A stretch of DNA of 64,000 nucleotides from positions 3,348,001-3,412,000 of the forward strand of contig JBHGNT010000021.1 in NCBI GenBank assembly GCA_043228905.1, written 5' to 3'. Each line of letters starts with the position of its first letter. The first letter of the stretch is position 1. Made by a program: the position numbers and the translations under genes. The notes under the pieces were generated by a model. The model did no database searches and had not been told where the DNA came from. It saw only the letters and a program-made list of their open reading frames with translations. Origin of the DNA: Azolla caroliniana. Its lineage: Eukaryota > Plantae > Polypodiophyta. Shown piece after piece: positions 27,818-40,745 of the stretch.

Positions 27818-30800
27818 TATTACGGGCATACCCATATAATATCCCGTGGTGAGAATTTACCGTAGTATTCTATACACGTGGATAAGTGTGAGGGTTAAAC
27901 GAGAGTGTAAAGAAGGGGAGGATTACTTTTAATCCTCGGGATTGAGACAACCCATTAGGCCAAGCGTGAACTTGCATGGGGGCCTTGGGTATCGCTATAA
28001 ATAAGAGGCCTAGCTACCCTCATTTCATCATCTTTTGACTACGTTGAGACTCTGTTCTTGTGGTGGGTGAACTCTTGTAGCGAGCGCGCCAGCACCAGGT
28101 ACGACTCGACGCCATGGCGGTGGTACGGGATGCCAATTGAGGCTTGAGTTCCTCTCGATCACTTCGCTCGGGGGTGGTCGGGTGGATCAACCCCCTTCTT
28201 TCTCTCTCTCCTCTCTATCTAGATCTATCGTTTATCCTTATCCTTTGCTTACATTAGTACATATCTCTAATAGTTGGTTTCAGAGCCTATGTTCTAATGT
28301 TTCTTTTGTTGTCTTTTGTCTTGTTGATTGATGCTTGATCAATCGATGTGCGGTCAGCCTTGATCCAGACAACGATCAACAAAGAACTTCGATAACTCTT
28401 TCCTTCTTCTTTTTTCCATTTTTTCTTCTCCCATCTAATCATGTATATAGTCTATATGTATTTTTTTTCATTAATTCAATGATGTTTTAGTGGTAATTAA
28501 TTGGTTGTATAAAACGTTTACATATGTGTATGAGGTCAATACCTCATTTGACATATATTAAATATGTGATTAGTGTCGTATGCGCACGTGGTTGATACCT
28601 CAATTGCGTATTACGCTCACATACATATGTTACGTATGCGTATAAGATCAATACCTCGATTTTGTTGTAAATGATATGTGTTTGGTCTCGTATGCGTAAG
28701 ACGTCAATACCTCAATTGCATATTACGATGAACCCTTATTTTTGGATGTTTCGTTTCATAGAGGTATATGCCTCGATTATATCATTTATGGCTATTTGAT
28801 GTAACGATTTGTTTAATATACGCATATGTGGTCACGTGTATACGTATTTGATCGTATATATGTGATAATATACATATGTGTATATAAGTTATTACGTGAT
28901 TTTAATATCGAATGTTTTCCTTTTTGGGGAAAGGATCTTGGTGGCCGTCCTCACATTTTTGTGAGAATGGCATTGTCACCATATCTTTTTTCAACAATTT
29001 TTTATTGTTGACATTCCCGTTGATGACTTCGATTTTATTACGTAAAGAAATGCCTATAGCCACAATGATGTTGAGAACATAGGGCTTGACCCACTTCATG
29101 TGAGGTCGCTCCTATGACACACATATCCATCATCCCTCCCTCGTTACATGGATACGATGCCACCATGAGATCATTCTTACGAGAGGCATTCGTAATGACG
29201 TAACGTGGCCCTACTATGAAAAGAGGGCTCATTTGGCATGACCATTAGGTTGCACTTTGGCGTATGCCATCGTAATTACGAGACTTGAGGTTAGGTAATA
29301 TACCAACATATTTTGTAGTAAACGCGGGGGAAATAAGGACTCTTGACATATATGTTACTTTAAAAAAAACATATATGGGCAAATGCCTCGCATATCTCTT
29401 ATACGCATGAAACATTAAACATTGAAGAAAAGCAACCTACTTGGTTGGCTCAAGTGTTTAATGCATTTGTTCTCAAGTTCTCAAGTTCAAATATGACCAA
29501 GACCATACAACATTGTTGATACATATGACTATAACACATGTTTAGACTTGAGGTCTATGTGCACTTCGGGGTCCTCGTAATAGGACTTAAAGAGATGAAA
29601 CCACAGATGTGGGCACCGAAACATAGTTTATTGTTAACATTTTTTTCATGTATAAACTATTCATGGCGTGAACATACATGGTTGAGCCTCGGGGAGCCAC
29701 CATGAAAAAATTGATATAGAGATAAGGGAAAGACATTAATTTGTCACCCCCATGGTTTTTAAAACACCTTTGTGTTACAATAGTAACCTGATCTTTAACC
29801 TCATCTCATACGTCTAAAGGGGTATTGACGTGAGATCATGATATCGATTAATGTTTGCCCATGATATGTTTACATCACGACATGATGTTATGACTATTTG
29901 TCTAACCTTATCCTATTTCTTTGCCAGAAATAACCATTCAATGGCTCAAAATAACGACCCGATGTCATCCGCTCAAGCGGAAGAAACTCAAGGAAATCCT
30001 CCTGGACAAATGTCCATTGAGATGTATTTTTCACAAATAACCCAAATACCTTAGTTTCACTGCTCAACAGATGACCGAACTTCGGCAATCTCAAAGTGCT
30101 CTCGAGGCACATGTCATTAGTTTACAACGTGAGACTAATAGACCTGATGAGCGACAGGGTGAACCATCGTTTGTCGTTAAGCCATTTACGAGAGAAAAAA
30201 AGGAAAGAACCGAAGAAGCAATCTGCACGTGGTTGGGCCGATGGGAGTCTCATTTTGAGCTCTATCCCACGCCAGATAGTACGAAGATTGCATATGTCGG
30301 ATGAGAACTAGGGGGTAAGGCCGCCGCCTGCTGGCGTGGGCTCCAAACTTTGGGGAAATTGCCCGATACTTTGACAGATTTTGTCACAGTTTTTAAGGGC
30401 AAATTTCTACAACCTCCCTCTCGAACCGAGGAAACACAAGCTTTAATGAACCTCTCTAGCAAGAAGTTTTCCTCGTTAGAAGACTATGTTCACCATGCTA
30501 GAACCCAAATCCAAAAATCGGGTCTAGAAGGGGACAATTGGTTAATAACTTGTTTTGTCAATGGCATCCCCAATTCAGACTATCACTGGATAGTGCACGA
30601 TAAGGATCCAAAATCCTTTGAAGAGCCCATTAAAATAGTTCTTCACTATCAATGCACTTCGAAGAAGGATCACAACAAACCCAACGAAGCGCCCAGAACT
30701 AAGCAGTCACAATTCTCTAGGAAACGCTGTCGTGCCTTTCGGCTCCGGATCGTTTGCGTGAGTCGGGTGGGAACCGCCGGGGTTTTGGACTAGGAGAAAG

Positions 30801-33800
30801 AAAAATACAAATAAGGCTAGTAAAGAATAGGTATAAAGAGTTATAAGATAAGAATCTCGTGAATCCCACGAGTTTAGTATATTTAGTCAATATTTAGGTA
30901 GTAAGAGAGAATTATTTTAGCAAATTCGTGAATCCCACGAATATTTTAGATTGATCGATTATTATAGAAAAATAATCAACAAAAACTACAATGTGCTCCC
31001 CATCCTTATATAGTGATGGGAGAGACTAAGCATAGCTACATGCTTTTTCTAATATGTTCATGCACACTAAATGTGCATGTGATGCTTTTCTAATCCTTGC
31101 TTTTATTTGCTAAATATAGTGCTCATGCACGCTAGATGTGCATGAGTCACTTTTTAGTTGCTTGCGTTTTTCTATAAAATATTCACGCACTCTAAAAATG
31201 CATGATTTACCTTTTTTTAATAAAGGTAGGCGCAAATAAAGCACTTATAGTTATTAAATCTATTTGTAGAACACTAAAGATAAGGTAGCATAATGGTAAA
31301 GTTGAGGTTTGGCTATGTGGAGGTACAAGGTTTGAATCTTGCCCTATGCACGTGATAAATATTTTGATATTCTTATTTTATTTATTTATATGTAATTAAA
31401 TCGGTTATATTATTTTTACTTTTTCACGTAGTGTACGAAATACACTACGACAACGCAAGACGGGCGCAAGACACCCAACGAATTCATGGATCGTGATTGT
31501 AAGCGACAACATCCTTTTTGCGTATTCTACAAAAAGAAGGGTCATACAAAAGAGCAATGTCGAAAGTTCCAACGGAAAGAGCACGACAGCAAAGCTAAAG
31601 CTGCAAACCATAAATGTCAGAATTCTAATGTCCTTCAAGTCTATACACATCATTTAAGTAATTGTCAATGTTCTTTCCCTCATTATGTATTGGGTCCCAA
31701 TGATTTACTGCAAACTTGTATATCAATGGATCTCCCGTACAATTTTTGTTTGATTCGGGAAGCTCACACAACTTTGTGAATGATCGTTTGGTTCAGATAT
31801 GGGGAATCCCACCCACAGTAACTGATCACTCCTATATGGTGCACTTGGTTGATGGAAGAGTACAATACATCAACAGGGTGATTCATGCATTAAGAATTTC
31901 TATTGATACTTATGTAGAGGAAGTAGACTTCCATGTAATGAATCTTAGTACAATTGATGTAATACTGGGTTATCCCTGGTTCTATAATAAAAACTCTTCT
32001 TTATCTATTGATCTGGTTCATCATTCAATAACTTTTGTACTGAACGATTGTACTCATTTTATTCAATGTGTAAAAAAACAATCCCTCTCGATTGTTTCCT
32101 CTCCATCAATATCCGAGTTGTCTTGTTCTACTCTATTTTATTGTGTACTTGATCCAGACATTCACGTTTACAATATCGATAATGTCTCGGTTCAATTAAC
32201 ATATTTTGAACAACAACAACTTGATGAAATCTTAAATGATTTTCGTGATGTTTTTCCGAGTGAACTACCAGATGGGTTACCTCCTAAACGTAATATAGAC
32301 CATCGTATAGATATTGTACCTGGCGTTGCACCAATAAGTATACCTCCTTATCGCTGAAGTCGATCTGAAGAGGATGAGGTATCTAAGCAACTCAAGGACT
32401 ATTTACGAATAGGTTATATACGTTATAATAAATCTCCATGGGGTGCACCGGTTCTCTTGGTTAAAAAGAAAGAGGGCTCATGGCGTATGTGTATTAATTA
32501 CCGAAATTGAATAAAGTGACGATCAAGAATTTGTATCCATTGCCCCGAGATGATGATCTAATTGACCATCTCCAAGGAGCTCGGTATTTTACGAAACTTG
32601 ATCTCCGTACTGGCTACCATCAAATTCATATAAGTGAAGACGATGTTCCTAAAACGGCATTTCGTATGCGTTATGGCCATTGTGAGTTTTTGGTTATGCC
32701 TTTTGGTTTGACCAATGCTCCGGCTACATTTCAACAAGAAATGAATGACATTTTCCGAGAACAACTTTGAAATTTTGTCGTTATTTTCTTGGATGATATT
32801 TTAGTTTATAGTCGTACATTACAAGAACATGCTAAACATGTCCGCTTTGTTTTACAAACATTGCGTGACAAACAGTTTTATGCGAAGATCTCAAAATGTG
32901 AGTTCTTCAAGAAATCAAATACTTATATTGGACATCTCATAACCGAACGAGGAGTTGAAATTGATCCTTCTTGCATCGAGAAAATCAAGCTTTGGCCCAC
33001 TCTTCGGAATATTCGAGAAGTTCGGTCATTCCTTGGTTTTGTCGGGTTTTTACGAAAATCCCTTCGTAATTACTCCCAATTGACGACGCCGTTTAGCGAT
33101 CTTCTAAAAGGTCAAACGTGTAAGTCTACAAAACCTATTGTCTAGACTGCTACACTAGACCTCGCCTTTAAGGAACTCAAGGACCTGGTATGCAAGGCTC
33201 CTTCACTTCTTTTACCCGATCCTTCAAAACCTTTTGAGGTTGAAACCGATGCAAGCGATTATGCTATAGGTGTTGTCTTATATCAAGATGGTAAACCAAT
33301 TGCATTCGAGAGTAAGAAACTTGATTCTGCTCAATGTCAGTATACCGTTCAAGAAAAGGAGTTATTTGCAGTTATACATGCGCTCAAAACATGGCACCAT
33401 TATCTTTATGGAAATTGCTTTGTGGTAACTACGAACCATGAGTCCTTGAAATATTTTTGTGACCAACAAGACCTGAAAGGTCGTAAGGCACGATGGGCTG
33501 ATCTCATCCAGGACTTTGATTTTTCCATACGATATCGTAAAGGTTCCATGAACACTGTCGCTGATGCACTAAGTCGCATCCGTGAAGTTAACATGCTTAT
33601 CTTCACTGAAATAACATCAGATCTTTATGATCACCTTCGAGGAAAGTATCCTAATGACAGTTATTTTGCAAAATATTGGGCAAGAGTTGAGTCTGGAACA
33701 GACACCACCACATCCTCGAAGGAATACTTCCACATTGCTAACGGTCTGCTCTACCGTAATGGGAAGGTTTGTGTTCCAGATTTGCCTGAGGTCAAAAAGA

Positions 33801-35516
33801 GAATTCTTTTTTAATGCCATGATGCACCGTTCTAATCTCCACTCAATTCTATTGGCCTAAGATGCGCCCTGACATACATAGCTATGTGACTAAATGTCAC
33901 TAATGTCAGGTTAACAAAGCCGAGTGACTTAAAGCCGCATGACTTTTACATCCCTTGAACATTCCCAATAATAAGTGGGAAAGTATGTCCATGGATTTTA
34001 TTGTTAGCCTTCCTCACACGCAAAAAGGCCATGATGCAATCTGGGTTGTGGTTGATAGACTAACTAAAATGGCCAGATTTATTGCTACTAAAACCACGGT
34101 AACAACTCTTAAATTGGCTTAGCAATTCGTTGACGAGTTATTTCGTTTTTATGGGTTACCGATGGATATCATGAGTGACCGAGATCCAAAGTTTACTAGT
34201 GACTTTTGGACGCAAGTCTTCCTTCAAGAAGTTAGAAACTACATTGAGCATGAGCTCCACAAATCATCCTCAATCCGATGGACAAACAAAATGAGTAAAT
34301 CAAATTATTGAGGACATGCTTCGAGCATATGTTGGTGCAAAACCAACAAAATAGGAACGTTATCTCCCAAATTTGGAGTTTTCTTATAACAGCTCCAAGC
34401 ATACGTCGACGGGATATAGTTCTTTTATGTTGATGTATGGTTTTATGCCACGAGCTCCGATTGATGTTAATATACATCATGATGAGTTGCGAAGTACGAA
34501 AAACTTTCTTTGGGATATGCAAGATATGTTGCATATTGCACGAGATAATATAAAAACAGCTCAAGATAGAGCACGTTTTTATGCCGATCATCATAGGCAA
34601 CCTCGTGTATTCAACCCTGGACAGAAGGTATTTTTACGTGTACCTCACAATTCTAAGACATTTTCTAAGGGTAAGTGTGCTAAGTTAGCCCCACGGTTTT
34701 GTGGACCTTTTACAGTCCTCAAACGCATTGGGTCATCAGCTTATCGTCTCGCTCTTCCCGATGGTGTTGAAATTCATCTAGTTTTTCATGTGAGTCATCT
34801 AGAAGAACTTCTAGGTTCTGGAGACAATATAGTTACAACTGAAACTTTGGTTACTTCTAAAGAATTATCTTCTAAACCACATGTACCAGAAAGAATTCTC
34901 GATGTTAAAACAAAAAAAATTACGTACTAAAGAAATCCGAGAATTTAAAATAAAATGGATGGATAAATCAATAAAAGATGGCACATGGGAACGCGAAAAT
35001 TCTCTTAGAACTAACTTCCCTAACTTTCCATTGCAAGAGTACAATGTTTTAAAGAGGGAGAGTATGTTACGGGCATGACCATATAATATCCCGTGGTGAG
35101 AATTTACCGTAGTATTCTATACATGGATAAGTGTGAGGGTTAAACGAGAGTGTAAAGAAGGGGAGGATTACTTTTAATCCTCGGGATTGAGACAACCCAT
35201 TAGACCAAGTGTGAACTTGCCTGGGGGCCTTGGGTATCGCTATAAATAAGAGGCCTAACTACCCTCATTTCATCATCTTTTGACTACGTCGAGACTCTGT
35301 TCTTGTGGTGGGTGAACTCTTGTAGCGAGCGTGCCAGCACCAGGTACAACTCGACGCCACGATGGTGGTATGGGACGTCGATTGAGGCTTGAGTTCGTCT
35401 CGATCCCTTCGCTCAGGGGTGGTCGGGTGATCGACACCCTTCTTTCTCTCTCTCCTCTCTATTTAGATCTATCATTTACCCTTATCCTTTGCTTACATTA
35501 GTACATATCTCTAATA
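27818..35516 (+). mobile_element. Full-length but decayed tRNA-iMet-primed Ty3/gypsy chromovirus
   Basis: LTRs at 27818-28272 and 35065-35516. PBS TGGTTTCAGAGC at 28275-28286, PPT AAAGAGGGAGAG. 5-bp TSD CCTAT; removing the element restores the copia frame ESKAY-RLYD. Gag about 29940-31620, protease FLFDSGSS, RT (LDDIL), RNase H, integrase and chromodomain-like end (ERILD...IKW...TWE). Many stops. Confidence 0.93.
30728..31452 (-). mobile_element. Solo LTR (725 bp, AT-rich, distinct family) inserted in the chromovirus gag
   Basis: TGTCGT...ACGACA termini and 4-bp TSD ACGC (30724-30727, 31453-31456). Orientation is inferred from a - strand TATA (CTATATAAG, about 31005-31013; the + strand reads CTTATATAG). 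Confidence 0.82.
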
Positions 35517-38500
35517 CCTATCGACTCTATGATACAAGGCAAGAAAGATATTGACAAGCCGTGATGTGGTGTTCGATGAGGAACGACCATAACTAGTTGA
35601 GAACAGTGATTCTCAAGTTATCTCATCAACTGAAGAAGTATTCCACCCAATCCCAACCCACTGTCCAGAAAAGAAGTTGAACCATATGATGGTAATGGCT
35701 CGCTAGTTCAGCCTATGCCAGTGCCCCATGTAAAGACAATACCTAAGTGGGCTCAACAACTCTTCAATGACCGTACTCCTAAAGTTGAGTTTCTTGAAAC
35801 TTCAACTGATGGATTATGAAGATCAAGAAGAATACAAGAGCAAGGGAGAACCTTTGATCACATTGTCAACATCACACAGATGGTGGACATCATAGGCTCA
35901 GTGAGTGAGCCAACCTTGGTGGAGGAAGCCATGGCCGACCCGAAGTGGAAAGAGGCGATGATATCAGAATACGATAGCATCATGAAAAATGACACGTGGA
36001 AGTTGGTAGAGAGGCCAACAAAGAAGAAGGTGATCGACACCAAGTGGGTGTGGAAAGTAAAGTATAAAGTTGATGGTTCTTTGGAGAAATTCAAGGCCAG
36101 GCTAGTAGCACAAGGATACTCCCAAATTGAAGGGATCAATGTACAAGAAACACCAAGGAAGTAGTGTTAGAAAGAAAGTATGCAACAAAGATCTTGAAGA
36201 CCTTTGGGATGATGGACAACAAGTCGAAGTCGACTCCAATGGAGTCAAACTGCAAGCTATCCCAAGAAGACCCATCACCAATGGTTGACATAAGGAAGTA
36301 TAGAAAGCTAGTAGGAAGTCTAATTTTCCTATGCAACACTAGGCCAGACATTTGTTTTGCAGTTAGTGTGGTGAGTCAATTCAGCAACAAGCCAAAGGAG
36401 ACTCATTGGAAATCTGCACTACGTGTATTAAGGTACAATGTGGGTACTTTAAATTACGGAATCTTCTACAAGCCATTAATTGACGAACTTAGTGGGTATT
36501 GAGACTCTGACTAGGCTAGAGATAGTGATTCTAGAAAATCAGTTTTTGGATATTGTTTTTCAATAGGCTTTGGAGTTGTTTCATGGAGTAGTAAAAAACA
36601 ACCAACCGTGGCACTATCTTCAACGGATGCAGAATACAAAGCAACATGCATAGCGGCATGCGAGGTAGTTTGGCTAAGAAGAATCCTTATGGATGTGGCA
36701 GTTCCAATAAGGACAACAACGGTATTGAGGTGTGACAATTAGAGTTGCATGGCCATTGCCAAGAACCCTATATTTCATGCACGTACTAAACACATAGAGA
36801 TTCAGTATCACTATGTGAGGGAGCTAATAAATGATGAGACTGTGGAGCTTGAGTATTGTCCGACATTAGAAAATGTTGTGGATATCTTCACAAAGGCGCT
36901 TGGAGCAGAACAACTACAACAACACCTTCGACTAACATGGTGAGCTACTCTCATATGTAATAGAAGTTTTGTTTTCGTATATCCATCTCTCTGGTTGCAA
37001 CCCTATATACCTATCTAATTGATTCTCAATATTTCTAAAAATTGCTAGTTTCATAGCACAAATATCCACTTCATATATTAATGTACAAAATTTGTACGTG
37101 ATACCAATATGTTGAAAGATTGCAAAAGTGCCTTAGCATCAATGTTGACGTCATGTACATCCTCATCAATATGTATATTCTTCTGCATTATTCTCATTCA
37201 ATGTTAACATCAAGGAGATCAACACCAGTCATGGAATAGATATTCGTACTCATTGTCATCAACTTATCCATCTCTCTATCTCATCAACTTACCCATCTCT
37301 TTGTCTTCCAATTGTTCATCCGTGACAGATTGATCTCCTTCCTTCTTTTTGTCTTCTTTCTCAATACACTATCATGCCAGAATCATCTAGTAACCTTGAG
37401 CAAATTTTGGCGGTGCTGCATCAACTCCAACATGAGAATGTGAGCTTAGGAAACTCTGTTCAAGAACTTCATGCAGCAACGACAGTTACCTCACCCGATT
37501 ATTGACCCTTATGTTGTAGAACCTAATGTCTGCTTGCCAGAAAAATTCGATGGAACAAGGTCACGATTAAGAGGCTTCATCAACCAAATCCGCCTTATTA
37601 TTCGTCTTCAGCCCCGACGATATTCTGATGACTTTCGACAAGTTGGGCTGATCGGCACGTTGCTGACAGGACAAGCGCAAGCCTGGTTTGCCCCTCTTGT
37701 AGAGACTTCTTCGCCTCTCTTGAATGACTTCCAAGCATTTCTTATTGAATTTGAGGCAACTTTCGGGGAGACTGACAAACGACGAGCTGCGCTCAACAAA
37801 CTATACGCGTTACAACAAGGAGAATGTGCAGCATCAATCTATGCATCTGAATTTCATCAGCTCGCATGCGATATGGAATGGGATGAACAAGCTCTCCTCG
37901 ATCAATTCCGTCGAGGATTACGAGGTGAGATAAAAAATCTTTTGCTTAACTTTCCTGAGCCCACATCTTTGAATGAGGCTATTTCCCAAGTTGTGCGTTG
38001 CGATAACTGTCCTCTTCGGATCCATCCACCTTGGCCAACTGCTTCATCTTCATCGTTACCTCCTGCCATAGATTCTAGCTCCCCAATGGAGATCGATCAA
38101 ATTCGCTATCAACCACTGACTAACGTGCAACGACAACATCGACGAGCTAACAATTTATATCTCGATTGTGGTGGCCCTGGCCATTTGATCCGTTCTTACC
38201 CAAAAAGGGGACCCCACCGAACACCACATCCTGTGGATGGGGTTAACCTTTTCTGCCAACAGGAAAACTCCAATGTCCAGTTGCAATAGGGGTTGTGCAT
38301 CTGGACCACAAGAGTCGACAATTGTGTCAAGGGCCCAATCAACCAACTTCTTTGACAACAAGCTTCACACTTCCGATCACTCTTCAATTTGGCTCCAACA
38401 CTCTAAAGATGAAAGCTTTGTTGGATTCTGGGGCTACGTCGTGCTTTATTGACATCATGTTTGCACGGACACACAACATTCCAAGCAACAAAATAACTGT

Positions 38501-38790
38501 CCCGATTCTAGTTGAAGTGATCGACGGTCGAACGCTCTCTTCTGGTGCAATCACAGATACAACAATTCCCTTGAGTCTCCATATAGGAGCCCACCAGGAA
38601 GAAATCATTTTTAACCTCATCACATCACCTCGACATCCTATCATCTTGGGGTTATCATGGCTCGAGACTCACAATCCAATCGTGGATTGGCGATCTTGCT
38701 CCATCAACTTCACCTCAAATTCTCGCCCACAACGGATTACTTCCACTCTTCTTCGAGCTAATGCTCCGCCATTTGTTTGGCCGCCTACTT

Positions 38791-39085
38791 CAATGAGGAC
38801 CGTGTCAACGGTTGCTCCCACTCATGTTTCGGGGACAACTACAGTTTCTGCTCCAGTGAGGACCACATCAATGGTTGCTCTGATTCCAGTCTCCGCTCCA
38901 GTGAGGACCGTGTCAACGGTTGCTCCCACTCATGTTTCGGGAACAACTCCCGTTTCTGCTCCAGTGAGAACCACTTCAATGGTTGCTCTAATTCCCGTTT
39001 CCGCTCCAGTGAGGACCGCGTCAACGGTTGCTCCCACTCATGATTCGAGGGAAACTCCCATTTCTGCTCCGGTGAGGACCACATT
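38791..39085 (+). repeat. In-frame alternating 63/45-bp tandem repeat in the protease-RT linker
   Basis: Units begin CA/GGTGAG at 38791, 38854, 38899, 38962, 39007 and 39070. They encode T/S/P/V-rich repeats (VRTVSTVAPTHVSGTTPVSAP / VRTTSMVALIPVSAP). Confidence 0.92.
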
Positions 39086-40745
39086 AGTGCCCTCAAAATA
39101 TACATTGAAGAGAATCTCATAAAGGGATTCATTCGCCACTCAAAATCTCCAGCTGGCTCTCCTATTCTATTTGTCAAAAAGAAAGATGGACCTCTACGCT
39201 TATGTATCGACTATCGCGGGCTCAATCAAGTCATTGTTCGAAATCGTTATCCACTACCTCTAATCTTCGAGCTCCTCGACCGACTTCGGGCTGGGCGTAT
39301 ATTCTCCAAAATTGATCTCAGAGGTGCCTACAACTTGGTACGTATCAAGCCTAGAGATGAGTGGAAAACGACATTTCGAACCAGGTACGCGCATTTTGAA
39401 TACATGGTAATGCCATTTGGTCTCACAAATGCTCCTGCTGTTTTTCAACATATGATGAATGACATCTTCCGAGAATATTTGGACCAATTTGTGGTCATCT
39501 ATCTCGACGACATACTTATCTTCTCACAGGACTACATAGAGCACACCAAGCACGCCCGACTTATCTTGTCCAAACTTCGGGAACATGGACTTTATGCGAA
39601 ACCCGAGAAGTGTGAATTTGATCGAACCTCAGTTGAATTCCTTGGGTACTTCATTTCATCTTATGGTCTCACTATGGACAAGAAGAAAGTCGCAACAGTT
39701 CAAGAGTGGGAAGTCCCCACCAAGGTCAAGGATGTGGAATCATTTTTGGGTTTTGCCAACTTCTATCGTCGATTCATCCAAGGATTCTCTACACTAGCGC
39801 AACCACTTATAGCACTCACTCGGAAGGATTCCCCTTTTTGCTGGACTCCAACAACCCAACTTGCATTCGAGACACTAAAGAAAGCTTTTACCTCAGCTCC
39901 GGTACTTTTTCATCCAGATCGGACCAAACCATTTACAATCGAAACTGATGCCTCCGACTTCGCCATTGGTGTCATTCTCTCTCAATCAGATAAAAACGGT
40001 GTCATGAAGATTTTCGTCCACGAGCGGAAACCCGAGCAACAAGAGCCAAAGAGCGATGTGCAACGTTGCACATGTACATAATGTATTTGTAATAATAATA
40101 GGGGAAAAGGGTATGGTGCTAGAAATGCCCCATAAGATCCCTAAGGTATAAAGGCGATGTGGTCTTGTGCGCACATCCACGCGAGAGAGAGAGAGAGAGG
40201 TACTATGTGGTACATAGGTACCTAGTTGTTTGTGAGGAGGTGGGAGTTAAGGGGCCATCAATCTCACCCTCCCCAAATCAAGGCAAATATCAAAGGGGAT
40301 ATTTTAGTCTCGTTTTTGTAAACGGTCTTCCCTCCTTGTGCTATAAAAGGAGAGGGAAGGCACCATTGCGAGGGTTGCCTATTTTGAGGGTGCGAGGTAT
40401 ACCACATAGGTCGAGCATTAGGGTTAGGGTTAGGGTTTCTTCATCTTTTTCTTCATCTTCGTCGGTTAGGGTTTCGAGTAGTCGTTTGGTGCGGCCACCA
40501 TTTTGTAATCGTTCATTTCGTTTTAATACATCTTGTTGATCATCTTGTCTCCATCTTCCTCTTGTTCGATCTAATCTCTTGTTCATTCTTCTTCTTCTTG
40601 AGCAAAGCTTCCATTCCGTGTCTGATTCCTTCTCCTCTACTCCTTAGTCCAAGACCCCCGTGGTCCCGCCCTTCTCCACGCACGCGCATAGCAACGCGAC
40701 ATCTTTGGTGAACCCGACGTGAAGAGGCCGCAAGGGAGGAAGGAG

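Larger units (their letters stand above)
26046..37040 (+). mobile_element. Decayed Ty1/copia element, host of a nested gypsy
   Basis: 5' LTR ends ATTTATAACA (26720); its TGTTAGATAT start at 26046 is less certain. PBS TGGTATCAAAGC at 26721-26732. Integrase remnants at 26891-27817, RT/RNase H remnants at 35880-36930, truncated 3' LTR at about 36931-37040. Gag, protease and the RT core are deleted. Confidence 0.85.

Noticed and set aside
37202-37327. 5' LTR reduced to about R-U5 and 100% identical to the 3' LTR, suggesting an RNA-derived copy or gene conversion
   Set aside because: It starts 10 nt upstream of the predicted TSS, the 3' end keeps U5 and no TSD is clear, so a flanking deletion is simpler. 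A 126-bp CpG-poor stretch is too short for identity to be meaningful.
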